Below, piece after piece: positions 12,834-24,529 of a stretch of 64,000 bases of DNA. Source of the stretch: Haliotis rufescens. Lineage: Eukaryota. Where the stretch lies: assembly GCF_023055435.1 (NCBI RefSeq), contig NW_025963802.1, positions 8,060,001 through 8,124,000 on the forward strand, read 5' to 3'. Numbering within the stretch: position 1 is the stretch's first letter; each line of letters opens with the position of its first letter. The notes beneath the pieces are model-generated. The model searched no databases, was not told the DNA's origin, and saw nothing but the letters and a program-made list of their open reading frames with translations. Made by a program: the position numbers and the translations under genes.

Positions 12834-14858
12834 ATGATGGGATATGTTAGAATCATCCACACTGTCGTTTATATTTTCGCTTTAACATGTCATATTATGT
12901 TTGGCTGTAATTTCCTCACCTCAAGCGATATCAGCTCGAGTTGCCCGACCAACTGTACTTGCAACACAGAAGACGTGTACTGCAACTCGTCCTTGATCAC
13001 AGTTTTGAATGGTTCTCTGGACAAACCTGGACTCTTTCGATCCTTAATGAATAAACATATTAATATCTTGGATTTGTCATCCAATGGAATTGCAGAAATT
13101 AAGGATGGATTTTTTGAAAACTTAACTATCAATATCCACCATCTTCGTCTATCCTACAACAAAATCGCAGAGATCAATGGGCCAGAGTTCAAGGGCATTG
13201 TCGCAAAGTTTTTGTATCTATCCCATAATCATATTCATCGGATAGACCCATATGCTTTTGACGGATATGTTACCTGTGTCGAAGGTGTGGATTTATCTTA
13301 CAACAAACTGACCTACTTTGAACCTTGGCCTTTCACAAAAAATAATCAAATTTCGACATTCAACTTTAGTCACAACGACATCAGCATCTTCCGGAACGCT
13401 CCAAACCTCACCATTGTGGACATACTAAGGACATCAAAACTAGGTCTGAATAATCGGGTTGATCTCACCTTCAATAACTTCTCGGGGTGGATCCTAGAAG
13501 CCCTGGAAGATGTCTACCACTTCAATGCTGATCCAGATACAGTCATCACGATGAAACTTGGAGCAATGGGGTTTCTTCTCCAGAACAATCCTTGGCGATG
13601 CGACTGCATGCTGTACGAATTCAGACATCAGCTGCATTCAGACACATTTATGTTGTCAAAAACAATACGTGACCAATTATCCTTCAAATGTGTAACCCCG
13701 AAGAGACTCAGTGGTCAGAATGCACTGGACGTGCCAATTACTGAGTTGGTATGTCCTGTTCTTGAAGGCTGTCCCACTTCCTGCCATTGCCAGAGTGTAC
13801 CAGCGTATAAATATACAAGCGTCGTGTGCTCCACTCTTATCTCATTTCCAGACCAGATGCCCTCGGGGCCATTATATTTAAACTTAAGTTGGAATTATAT
13901 TTCAAAACTTGAATTTAGACCATACCTATCACGTGTAACATACCTGGATTTGTCCAATAATAGATTGTTTGTTATAGAAGGGGGTGCTGTTCAAGTCATG
14001 GGAAATATAGCTATGCTTAATCTTGCTTCAAACCAGCTGATGACGCTTCCGAAAGAGTTACAAGTTGTGCGATTCAGTAATGTTCATTTGGAAGGAAACA
14101 TACTCGACTGCTCTTGTGATTTGACTTGGGTTTCTGATTGGATAGACGTCACGAGTGACGATCCAGCCTATCAGCGATCAGTATGCTACAAGGATGGGTC
14201 GCCTATCAGACTATCTGCCATGAAGGACCGCATTGACTGTGTCACTGATATAGTGGTTCCCGTAACAGTAGGCGTTACCATCACCGTTGCCGTGGTAATA
14301 CTCGCTGCTGTAGCATGCAGAGTTTGGGGAAAGAAAAAGCTTCCATTTGTAATGTATTTAATAAGAGGAAGAAAAGTCCAACCTGTTGGCAAGTATGAAG
14401 ATGACGAAGCGGAGATGGACTACCATGGTTACTTGTCGTTTGATAACGACAATATGGACATTGTACTTTGGGTTAAAAATGTCCTTTTGGAAAATTTGGA
14501 AAATAATGATCAAGGCTTTCGAATCTGCTGTCCGTTACGGGATTTTGACGTTGGAGTTTCACAGGCAGAGGAAATACTGAGTTATATTGACAGAAGCAAG
14601 CGGTTTATATCCATCGTATCTGACACATACTTCAACGCTCTCAACTGGACATCTTTTGAATATGACCAGGCACGACACAAACACAAAGACCACGAATCCA
14701 ACATCATCATGATTATTTACAACAACATTGACGTTGATAATGTAAGGTCTGAGGCCGCAAAGACAGCGTTGAACAGGAAGGAGTATTTGAGAAGGGAAGA
14801 CAATTTGTTTTGGCAGAAACTTAAGTTTCTGGTCCATACCGGACATAAATTGTTTTAA
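12834..14858 (+). CDS. Toll-like receptor, multiple-cysteine-cluster (protostome/Toll-type), single coding exon, 674 aa
   Basis: Signal peptide; LRRNT CPTNCTC..VYC; LRRs (LDLSSNGI, LRLSYNKI, LYLSHNHI, VDLSYNKL); LRRCT NPWRCDC; second LRRNT CPTSCHC; further LRRs; LRRCT NILDCSC; TM VPVTVGVTITVAVVILAAVAC; TIR boxes YHGYLSF, RDFDVG, FWQKLK. Confidence 0.95.
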   Translation: MMGYVRIIHTVVYIFALTCHIMFGCNFLTSSDISSSCPTNCTCNTEDVYCNSSLITVLNGSLDKPGLFRSLMNKHINILDLSSNGIAEIKDGFFENLTINIHHLRLSYNKIAEINGPEFKGIVAKFLYLSHNHIHRIDPYAFDGYVTCVEGVDLSYNKLTYFEPWPFTKNNQISTFNFSHNDISIFRNAPNLTIVDILRTSKLGLNNRVDLTFNNFSGWILEALEDVYHFNADPDTVITMKLGAMGFLLQNNPWRCDCMLYEFRHQLHSDTFMLSKTIRDQLSFKCVTPKRLSGQNALDVPITELVCPVLEGCPTSCHCQSVPAYKYTSVVCSTLISFPDQMPSGPLYLNLSWNYISKLEFRPYLSRVTYLDLSNNRLFVIEGGAVQVMGNIAMLNLASNQLMTLPKELQVVRFSNVHLEGNILDCSCDLTWVSDWIDVTSDDPAYQRSVCYKDGSPIRLSAMKDRIDCVTDIVVPVTVGVTITVAVVILAAVACRVWGKKKLPFVMYLIRGRKVQPVGKYEDDEAEMDYHGYLSFDNDNMDIVLWVKNVLLENLENNDQGFRICCPLRDFDVGVSQAEEILSYIDRSKRFISIVSDTYFNALNWTSFEYDQARHKHKDHESNIIMIIYNNIDVDNVRSEAAKTALNRKEYLRREDNLFWQKLKFLVHTGHKLF

Positions 14859-15549
14859 AGAGGAAGGGAAGATGATCAATATGTCCTCCATGCATAAAGG
14901 ACAATGCAACGTCGTCATCACTTGTCCATATATTTACAAAGTCGTTGACATCAATAATATCACAACCCGTGAAGATCCGGGGTAGAATAGGTCTTCAGCA
15001 ACCATGCTTGTCGTAAAAGGCGACTAACGGGATCGGGTGGTCAGGCTCGCTGACTTGGTTGATGCATATCATCGATCCCAATTGCGTAGATCGATGCTCA
15101 TGTTGTCAATCACTGGATTGTCTGGTCCAGACTCGATTATTTACAGAAAGCAGTCATATAGCTGGAATATTGCTGAGTGCGGCGTTAAACAACAAACCAA
15201 CCAACATAATATCATATACATGTATACCTTTAAAGTCACATGACATAAGAATCTGTTTAGCACATAATTTGGTACTTTTCCACACAGACACTCGACAGAC
15301 TTTATTTTACTTTAACTAACCTTAACAATTGTTGATAAAGCTCTATTTGAATGAGGATAACACAAGGGGAGTTGTCGGATAATGTTAATATTATTGATCT
15401 AACTGTTAATTATCTGCTTAAATCTTCACTGACGGACATGTGCCCATGTAATGACAAGAGGCTGTGTCGTTTCGCTCTTTCATTTGCGGTAATTGTCCAT
15501 GTAGATTTCATGCGCATAACGTAGTATACAATGTACTTATTCAACTGAT

Positions 15550-16560
15550 ATCAGAGCTCATATTTGTGTACCAGTTTCAACATATTAAAGACAGGACAAT
15601 TAAAAAATCGTTTGTCTGAGGTTGTGTCACATTTGTATTGTCCAAGTTCCGGGAATAATACATGTTTAAAATTTAACTTAGAGCTAGATTTACATATCTT
15701 TCCAGACATTAGGGAAGGGGGGTTGCTTGTCAATAAAGCATTCAACACTGACAAGACTGAGAGAGTCAAGACCAACAGCGTTGGCTGTTTGTTTTGGAAG
15801 TCTTTGAATCGTTATACAAAACTAGCGCTATATAGCTTCAAACATTTCATATTCAGCAACCCATTCTTGCCGTAAAAGGCGACTATGCTTGTCGTAAGAG
15901 GCGACTAACGGGATCGGGTGGTCAGGCTCGCTGACTTGGTTGATGCATGTCATTGTATCCCAATTGCGTGGATCGATGCTCTTGGTGTCATTTACTGGAT
16001 TGTCTGGTCCAGACTCGATTATTTACAGACCGCCGTCATATAGCTGGAATATTGCTGAATGTGGCGTTAAACAACAAACAAACAAACAAATTATATTCCC
16101 TGCAAGATAGTTGACCCCAAACAGTAGTAACACTCTTTCCCAGACACGAGCAGCTGATGTAGGGCTCAATCCAAGTACACACAAAGCTATTATTCGACGG
16201 GACAGGTGCCCGGGACATGTACTTGAGGCTTGAGAGACACGTCTTATGTATTTTCAGCTTATTTAAGCCATTCGCTGATGAATATTTTGACAAGATAGTA
16301 GGTATGGTTTAAGAGACAGCATCGAGTGGTTGCTAGCGCACGGTACGACGTACATGTAATCATAATGTATCATATTTAAGCAATATATGTTGTTATGCAA
16401 TGTATGTTTCCTTGCAATGTTGTCATTGGCGGAGGAGTCACCGGGTGCATAGATTGGTCAACGGAGTTGCAGCATTCCATTCCTGTTTAGTAGGGAAAAC
16501 AGGCCACACGCGAAACGGTATGGAACCTATATCCAGGCATGCGGGGATACAACCGTTTCG
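15550..16560 (-). pseudogene. Possible decayed Mab-21/cGAS-like (cGLR) nucleotidyltransferase remnant
   Basis: Fragments across frames: IPFRVWP..KQEW, YYLVKIFISEWLK, CLSSLKYM, LCVYLD*ALHQLL, LFGVNYLAG, in the order expected for a Mab-21 domain; many stops; interrupted by a family B SINE (15853-16090). Weak, recognised by eye only. Confidence 0.3.
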
Positions 16561-17109
16561 AAACGTGGGGCGTACTTAAACTTAAAAAGATGCTGGCACA
16601 TACTTCAGGAAACTATTTAAATATATCACCAAAGGATTCAACAATGTTTGTGGCATCCCTGCATACACCCGTTGGGGTTCCGGGTTAGAACAGGTTCAAG
16701 CATGAATGATTTGGATGATTCGGTTGGTTAGGCTCAATGACTTGGTTGATGCGAGTCAACGTACCTCGACGACTTGGATCGTTGATCACACTATCGATCA
16801 CTGGATTGTCCAGACTCGAGTGTTTACATGCCACCGTCATATAGCTGAAATATTAACACGTGCGGCGTTAAACAACACAAAAGCCACACGCGCACACAGA
16901 GAGGCATACACGTCCTCGCGCCTCCTGGCCCAGACTGCATTTGTCCACACTGACAGCTGAACACGGTAGAGGACATCTTCAAGTTCAGATTAAAAGAAAC
17001 TTCATTATGATTAGAAGTCACGGCGAAAATAACATTAAATCTGAGTTGTTTTGCATCACTGACATTATGGAGGCTAAATATCAAAATAATAACACTTTAG
17101 TTCTGAATA

Positions 17110-17390
17110 GGGGCCACGGGTGGCCTAGTCGTCTAAGTGGTCGCAATTCGCGGTGCAGAGCTGCGTCCCTTCGGCACGCCAGAAACCTATGATTGTGGGT
17201 TTGAATCCCGGTTCGGCCCGATTATGTTTCTAGGTTTGTCAGCACCATACCCGTGCTGGTGGGTTTTACAAAAGTGGTAAACGTCTGAGACCTGCATCAC
17301 TTCGGGCTTTCCTCCCACATTAAGCCGACACGCTGTGATATAACTGGAATACTGTTAAAAGCGGAATTAAACACAACTCACTCACTCACT
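17110..17390 (+). mobile_element. tRNA-derived SINE, family C (~285 bp)
   Basis: A box TGGCCTAGTCGTCTAAG, B box GGGTTYGAATCCC, body with TTTCCTCCCAC, shared tail plus (ACTC)n. Copies at 25764-26044(+, TSD CATRTAACTACAG), 28250-28520(-), 35046-35330(-), 46617-46846(-); partials at 26815-27000, 31265-31390, 53545-53650. Confidence 0.88.
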
Positions 17391-17412
17391 TAGGTCTGAA
17401 TAAACTTTTTAA

Positions 17413-19483
17413 AGGGGCACTAATCTAACGCAATTCCCCGGGACTGGTTGTTGCCTTTGTTATTGTTTTTTCCCAGTGAGTACCCGGATGTATAGCAGAA
17501 ATCTAGACTAGTTCGCGACCTCTGCTGCGCAATTCGTAAGCGCATCAGTCACTTTTATGGGTAGTAATAAGGGCGTATGGTCACATTGATCAACAAAATG
17601 AAACACAGTTTTCGAGATAATAAGGAAATGTAGGTATATTTGTGGGTAGCATCGGTAATGGTGACGAAGTTTTGATAAGTCACTTTCTTAGTAATTTTGC
17701 GATTTTCGTTTACACTATTTTGACTTGCAACACAAAGTAAATATTTCAGCTGAGCATTGCTTTTTTATAGTGTGTATATTTTTTTACTGTCAAAAGTGTA
17801 ACATTTTCAAATTTATTAAACGTCTAAATATTCAGTTATTTTACAAAGTGACTGAAAAACATTTCCATCTGTATTATTATGATAACGAATTCCAAACATT
17901 TTGATGTTTAATGTCATCACCAAGAGACTGAAAATGTTACGTTGAAAAGTACATTTCTATGTTGTTTGGCTTCTAATCCTACATAATAATCTGTTGTGAT
18001 GTTTGTAGGTCCTTTTGATCATCTTAATCAATCTGGACAGATTTTTTAGTCAAAATGACTGAAATATTTACACATTTTATAAATTGCCTGAGAGAATCAC
18101 ATTTTACAAATTGACGGTAATATATACACGCTTACAAAGGAAAAGACCTGTGAAAAGAACGTCTATCGCGCATTGAAAAAATTCCCAACCAAGACGTAGA
18201 GAAACAAGAACGAATCGGTTCAAACGAAGGAAAACCAAATTTCAAATACCATTATTGCAACCTACCAAATTTATGTGTATAAATTTTAGGCAGCTTCCTT
18301 GGTCGAGGAATGTATCCGTGAATATCCACACAAAGGAACAATATCCTACTCGTCTGCAGCTGTACAAAGAAACTTATTCGATGTCACGTGTCTCTGTAAC
18401 AATCAAATATTTTAAAAGATATATATCGGTTCAGGATATTATAACCCGTGTTCCTTTCTCAACTTATCACTTAGATTGTTTCAGGTGTTTCACATAGGTG
18501 TCACGTCTCAAGGGTCGGCTGAGAAATCCCACGTGACAACTATTTCAATAACGTCCACGGTTCCTAAAAAATCCATTGAGTGATAGATAACAATGAGCAA
18601 TCAATCAACGTATTATTAGTTAACCCATTGAACAAAGTATGTTGTTTTTACATCGACACTTCACGCCATGATATGCGTGTATTCCCTTTGTTTTAGTAAA
18701 CCTAGACATGTAAACACTCCCTTTTGACATATCCACTGTGCAAGATAACAGTGATTAATCAATCAACGTATTTTCTGTTAATCCTTTGATGACTAGGAAC
18801 GATCCGTTGATTTACAAAAAAAGTAAATGAACTGATCATTCACCTCTTGCTGGGCTGCCACGTGCATATTACATAACACACATTTCACCTCACTTCAAAC
18901 CTGGATTTAGATTGAATAATTACCCCAGACACAATAAATGCCAAATGGGAACCTTTGTCAGGTAATCTAAGTGGTGCTACCACTAATTGTACCTGTAATA
19001 AATTCATTAACTGAGCATCAAGTGAATGACGACAAATACACAAGTGTAGGGTTATACGAGAAAACGTGGAGGACAACAAGGGAGTAGTAATCGTATTATC
19101 GACGCAATCCGAAATCCGAAAGTGCTTTCACTGCATAGATACTTATTTTAGTATTAAACTATAATCATTTAGGTATTTCCACATGACGACATCCGATGAG
19201 CTCCGACGTTCTCTTTATCTGTTTGTTTAGGCTGAAGAAATTAATTAACATGCGCCCTTTGTCGAAATCTTTATAGATCACAGTTAACCAATCAGTGTTT
19301 ATGCAAAAATGCGTAAAACAAATATTGCCTCCAGCCTCCAAGTTTATTTAGCTGTCCTTGCAGACGGTAGCCCAGTCTCTGGTCACGCTCAGTTGCGTTG
19401 CGTAACATACGGGTGCTCACGGGGGAAAAGACAATAACAAAGGCAACAACCAGTCCGGGGAATTGCGTTAGATCAGTGCCCCT
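17413..19483. mobile_element. Non-autonomous Kolobok-type DNA transposon, 2.07 kb
   Basis: ~75-80-bp TIRs (AGGGGCACTAATCTAACGCAATTCCCCGGGACTGGTTGTTGCCTTTGTTATTG... and its reverse complement ending GATCAGTGCCCCT); TTAA at 17409-17412 and 19484-19487; AG...CT termini; no transposase ORF. Confidence 0.85.
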
Positions 19484-20847
19484 TTAATTCTAGCTTCTAT
19501 TTTATGCACGTCGTTTTGATTATATTATAATCTCGTCTTTTGCACGAGACTTTAGACAAGTTAAAACACAAAATAACCCCTCCCCCCAACAAAACAACAA
19601 CAACAAAAACAAAAAAGCACAAAAACAATAGCTACGTGCATCACGTTTCCATGACAATCGCCAATTGGCTCGATCCGTCTCTGTTAGGGATGTTGATCTA
19701 TTTGCGAAATAAACGTACACGGACAGAGTTACATCCCCTCTTAAAAACTCCACAACAAAGGCTCTTACCGACTGGGCTTTTGTCTGAGGACAGACACGTT
19801 GAACTAAATTATCCCGGCGGATGCGCATTTATCCATTGCGCCAGTCGGTAAAACGAGCTGAGCGCTGTGAGGAGTTCAGTAATATTGTTCAACGAGAAGG
19901 TGTCCGATGCTTGCATTTTGCGGCTTTGAGAGACAAAGATTCTGGATATGATATATAGCTGTAATCCTTTCCGAGTGGATCTTTTTTACAGAACAGGATA
20001 TTTCGAAAGAGAAAACACCGAGGTATTCACAGTATCTGTTTTTGCATGTAGATGTTGATCTTCAAAGAAAAATAAACACCTGATGCTATGACTAGATCAT
20101 ATTAGCAGGTTATCAGCTGGTTATAGTAGGCCTAGATTGTATTTTCTGTTGCTCAGTGATTCTTGTGTTACCGCGTTGTCATGGGGATGGGAGGAATGGA
20201 AATAAAGCAGGTAGATATTTGATGAAATCATTTATTCTCTGTGAATTGAAAAAAAAAGTTAAAAGATAAATCGTATTTTAAAGGCCCATCAAGTAGGTTC
20301 TACATAGACGTGTGAGTACAGTTGATCAATATTTACAAAATACAAAGTGTTCTTGAAAATACTTGAAAATATCAAGTTACAAAAAAATGAAATTGTTTGC
20401 AGGATTTGTGCATACACCTCAAGACCAAAATTAGATTGTAACTTTACTTTATGATTGTTTACAAATATTAGCTTTAGAAATTCCATGAAACCAGAAGTAC
20501 ATGTGGTCTTGTAAAGCTAAAAAATATTAATCAAGGAGATCACCAATGATTAAGAAATTGTATAGTGCCATATTAATGACTAAAGCCTTTGGGAGGTGTT
20601 AGGGATTGTCATATTTACTTCTTAAATTTGTTGCCATATTAATGACTTAAGTCTTTGGGATTACATTTTAGGGAGGTGTTAGGGATTGTCAAATATACTA
20701 GGGCTGTGACTGGTCCAAATTTACAAACAGGGTACCCAACACCCTATTGCACGACCCTACCCGGACACCCACAGTAGATTCAAGAGATGGGAACAAAATG
20801 TGCGATTAGGAATTGTTTTACCCGACCCCCTGGCAAAAGGTATTTAA

Positions 20848-21499
20848 AGGGCAAGTTCACACGGAAATGAACCTAATTTTCTTGTACTTTTTCCACAATA
20901 AAAGTGTTAACCTTGAAGTGTCATAGACAAAAATATAAAAATATCACAATTAATTAACATATGTTTTGCATTAAATCGATTTATATTTTTCACATTTACC
21001 AAGTGTTCTATTTCCATAACAAAAACACCATGGCTTATGCCCCTTGCAATATGACGTCATTGGTGCCAATTGATAAACATTATGACGTCATCATGCTATG
21101 TTAGAGCCGCTTCACGTGGTGTAGGTACTGGTGTGTGATTCTAGCGTCTCAGATGCCAGCCAGCATAGTGTTATGCTGAGTCACCACTGCGCCGGAGTGT
21201 GTCGTAGGCCATGTTGTTTTACCGAAAACGTGTACTTGATATCTTTTGCGTTCAGAATAGACAGGGACCCAGTTGAATTGGCACCAATTACGTCATAATC
21301 TAAGGGGGATAACTCAGGCCTGTTTAGCTAGAAAAACGAAAGCATCATAACGGCATATCATTTTCACACTATTGTGAGCTTCCTACTTTCACTGTGAAAA
21401 AAATGAGTGTATATTTTCAAACACAGATACTAACTAATTCTAAAATTGCGTTTTGTTTAGAAAAAGAAAGAAAGTGATTTTTGCGTGTACACTTCCCCT
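20848..21499. mobile_element. Kolobok-type MITE, 652 bp, in the putative 5'-UTR intron of the fucosyltransferase
   Basis: TTAA|AGGGCAAGTTCACACG ... CGTGTACACTTCCCCT|TTAA; internal inverted repeat (about 21037-21071 vs 21276-21311). Confidence 0.75.
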
Positions 21500-21732
21500 T
21501 TAAGTACATCTATAAAACAATCTGGTCATGCATACACTGAAGTTGACTGAAGCTGAATCTTTACATAAAACATATAAGAGTAAGGGTCAGAAAGTTGTAC
21601 GAACATTAGCAATTTGTAGGTAATCATGGAATTGTGGTAGTGAATTTTTCTCATTATGTGACTAACCCTAATATTTACATGGTTGTTTCAGGTGTTGAAT
21701 TTGCAGGGTGACCAGTCTGCTATGCTGACCAA

Positions 21733-22899
21733 ATGTTTCTAAGATGGCCATTTCGACCAAGACAGAGGAAGTTCTGTACACTGTTGGCCATCATTACAGG
21801 AATAGTGTTGGCACCTATACTTTACAAAAGGTTCAGATGCAACCAGTCTGGTGTTCCACCATCACAATGGAGCCACAATTCCAAAGATCCTCGGTTTGTG
21901 ACAGTCTTCCCCGACGCAGGCACCCCTGTTGGCCATACCGGTGACGGCCGGAAGCTTGTCCTCCTGTGGACATCCTTCTTCACAGGACTCGTGTGGGATG
22001 CTGACCACAACGTCTTCCAGGACTGTCCAGTGACCAACTGCGAGGTGACCACAAACAGACACCTCCTCACGTCGAGTCACGCTGTGCTTTTCAATGTCCG
22101 AGATTTATCTGACCATCTTGACAGTCCGCTACCCTCATCCCGAACTACAGATCAGATCTGGATTCTACATAACACTGAGCCTCCCTATTATATATATCTC
22201 CCACTGAGCAAGTTCAATGGTGTATTCAACTGGACTAGCTGGTACCGTAAAGACGCCACAATCTTTTCTCCATATGGGCAATGGGTACCATTAAATCCTC
22301 AAGACAAAATTTTGCATTTTAGGGAAGAAAATTACCACAGGAAGAAAGCAAAAATGGCATTGTGGGTGAGCAGCAACTGTAATGATCGCAGCAATAGAAT
22401 TGATGTTGTTCGAGAACTCCAACAGTATGTAGGAATTGACATATACGGTAAATGTGGTAATCTGGATTGTAAAAAGAGCTGTAAAGACGTGTTTGATGAC
22501 TACAAGTTCTATTTGTCATTTGAGAATGGGTATTGTCGTGACTACTTGACAGAAAAGTTCTGGCGACCTATTATTCGGGATCAGATCCCGGTTGTACGAG
22601 GCGGAGCTGACTACAAAACAATGGTGCCACCTGGGTCCTACATTAACGTGGATGACTTTGAAAGTGTCAAAGCTTTGGCTCAATATCTGCTTAAAGTTGC
22701 GAGGAATGAATCTCTGTATAATTCCTATTTTTCCTGGAAGAAGGATTACAGGCTGCTCCCTAATGGGTGGACACGTATGAACTGGTGCGGCCTCTGTGAA
22801 CGTCTGCATGATGTCAAGCAGCCAGCACAGGTGTACTCCAATCTCCGGGGATGGGTGCAGCAAGACACGTGTCGCTATGGAGATGGCTGTGCATTATAA
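21733..22899 (+). CDS. Alpha-1,3-fucosyltransferase (GT10 family), type II membrane protein, 388 aa, single coding exon
   Basis: N-terminal TM LLAIITGIVLAPIL; GT10 motifs FNWTSWYRKDATI, WVSSNC, IDIYGKCG, YKFYLSFENGYCRDYLTEKFW, PPGSYINVDDF, YNSYFSWK, WCGLC; splice acceptor at about 21691 upstream of the ATG. Confidence 0.95.
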   Translation: MFLRWPFRPRQRKFCTLLAIITGIVLAPILYKRFRCNQSGVPPSQWSHNSKDPRFVTVFPDAGTPVGHTGDGRKLVLLWTSFFTGLVWDADHNVFQDCPVTNCEVTTNRHLLTSSHAVLFNVRDLSDHLDSPLPSSRTTDQIWILHNTEPPYYIYLPLSKFNGVFNWTSWYRKDATIFSPYGQWVPLNPQDKILHFREENYHRKKAKMALWVSSNCNDRSNRIDVVRELQQYVGIDIYGKCGNLDCKKSCKDVFDDYKFYLSFENGYCRDYLTEKFWRPIIRDQIPVVRGGADYKTMVPPGSYINVDDFESVKALAQYLLKVARNESLYNSYFSWKKDYRLLPNGWTRMNWCGLCERLHDVKQPAQVYSNLRGWVQQDTCRYGDGCAL

Positions 22900-24268
22900 T
22901 GCTGTGTGGATGTGGCTGTCTCTTAAATACAGAAGACATTTTAGTCACCTTTTTGTAGAACTTTTTTTTATCATTACCAATGGTTGAAAAGCACTTTAAT
23001 TTAAGCAGTGATCTTGAAAAGGCCTTAAAATGTCTTGTGATCAAAAGAACTTGAATTTCATGTGTTTTTTTGTTTGTTTATTTGTCAGATGATTGTTCTG
23101 AATTTATTCATTTATACTTAAAAGTACTGTCATTTTCAGTGGCCCATAATTAATTTTGATTTTTTTTTCAGCGAAATAGTACTTGAAAACTTAATTTAGT
23201 CTTTGGAAAGCCTTTTTGAAGCCTTTAAATTTAGGACATAGTGACAGTTTTGGATGAACCATGTTACCAATTTTGAAAAATATCTTTGGGTCATTTTTGA
23301 TGACAATGTCATGGAAAAGGAACCAATATGAAACCTTGAAATAATGAGAGAGCATGAGATATAATTTAATGATTATTAGATGTTTCCACTACATAGTCAT
23401 GTATGCATCACTCGTTGAATTGATAAACATGGTTGATATTGTTCATATCTACATGGTGTTAAACCAGGATGGCTTATATACTGATCAAATTAAATAAGGG
23501 AACATAGCAATACAGCAGAAGGAAGTCACTTGTGTTCAATGTAAATGCTTCACATTGACAAAATAAGTCTTGAAGTGAACTGTTGGTATCAAATGTCACA
23601 ACACTGCCAGACAACCTCCGATCATTTACAGAACACATTCTGGATATCATATCAAACATATGTTCCCTTATTTATTACTTTCAGTATTATTACTGTTAAC
23701 AGCTGTTGGGTATGTTGTAGGTTATATGAAGCAAGATCTGTTATGTCGTAGGTTGTCATGGTGATATGAAGCAAGATCTGTTATGTTGTAGGTTATTTGA
23801 ACCATATGTAATATATGTAAAGGGATATGTCCTGCAAAATCTTTTTGTTTCATGATAATCATATTTGTGGGCTTAATGTCCGTAGCTATGCAACTTTTTG
23901 AGAACAGAGTAAGCTAGTAACATTTTCCATTTTTTTTCAGAAGTCTTTGTCTTAAAACCAAATATTTTTGTCATTAATTATGTTCAATTATAACAATTTT
24001 CTATGCTATAATGTAGCCATGGTGTTTGTGGATGTTTTATAAAATTCAGGCATGTCAAATAATTGGTTATTACCATTGCAACTGCAGACCTTATATTTAA
24101 GTTTCTTGGAACAAGAAACATTGCATGTACTACATGTGCTATTTTCAGTAATATAGACATTGGGAGGGGTTTGCTTGTTGTAAACTATATGACTGTAAAC
24201 AGAAGTATAGAATGGATGTTGTCAGCTTCTTGATAAAAATATATTTACACAAGGCCATCCTATCACTG

Positions 24269-24529
24269 GACCCGTGAAGATCCGGGGTAGAATAGGTCTT
24301 CAGCAACCCATGCTTGCCCTTAAGGGTGACTATGCTTGTCGTAAAAGGCGACTAATGGGATTGAGTGGTCAGGCTCGTTGACTTGGTTGATGCAAGTCAT
24401 TGTATCCCAATTGAGTGGATCGATGCTCATAATGTCAATCACTGGATTGTCTGGTCCAGTCTTGATTATTTACAGACCGCTGTCATATAGCTGGAATATT
24501 GTTGAGTGCAGCATTAAACAACAAATAAA
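24269..24529 (+). mobile_element. SINE-like family B (~260 bp, (AAAC)n tail), copy with 13-bp TSD
   Basis: Starts GACCCGTGAAGATCCGGGGTAGAATAGG, ends GCTGGAATATTG..TTAAACAACAAA; flanked by CATCCTATCACTG on both sides. Other copies near 450-672(-), 1460-1660(-), 3170-3415(-), 5735-5970, 11795-11935, 14965-15205, 15853-16090, 16665-16880, 27990-28150(-), 28590-28815, 35548-35800, 36375-36550, 38105-38297(-), 55238-55490, 60540-60630, 63720-63855(-). Confidence 0.9.
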
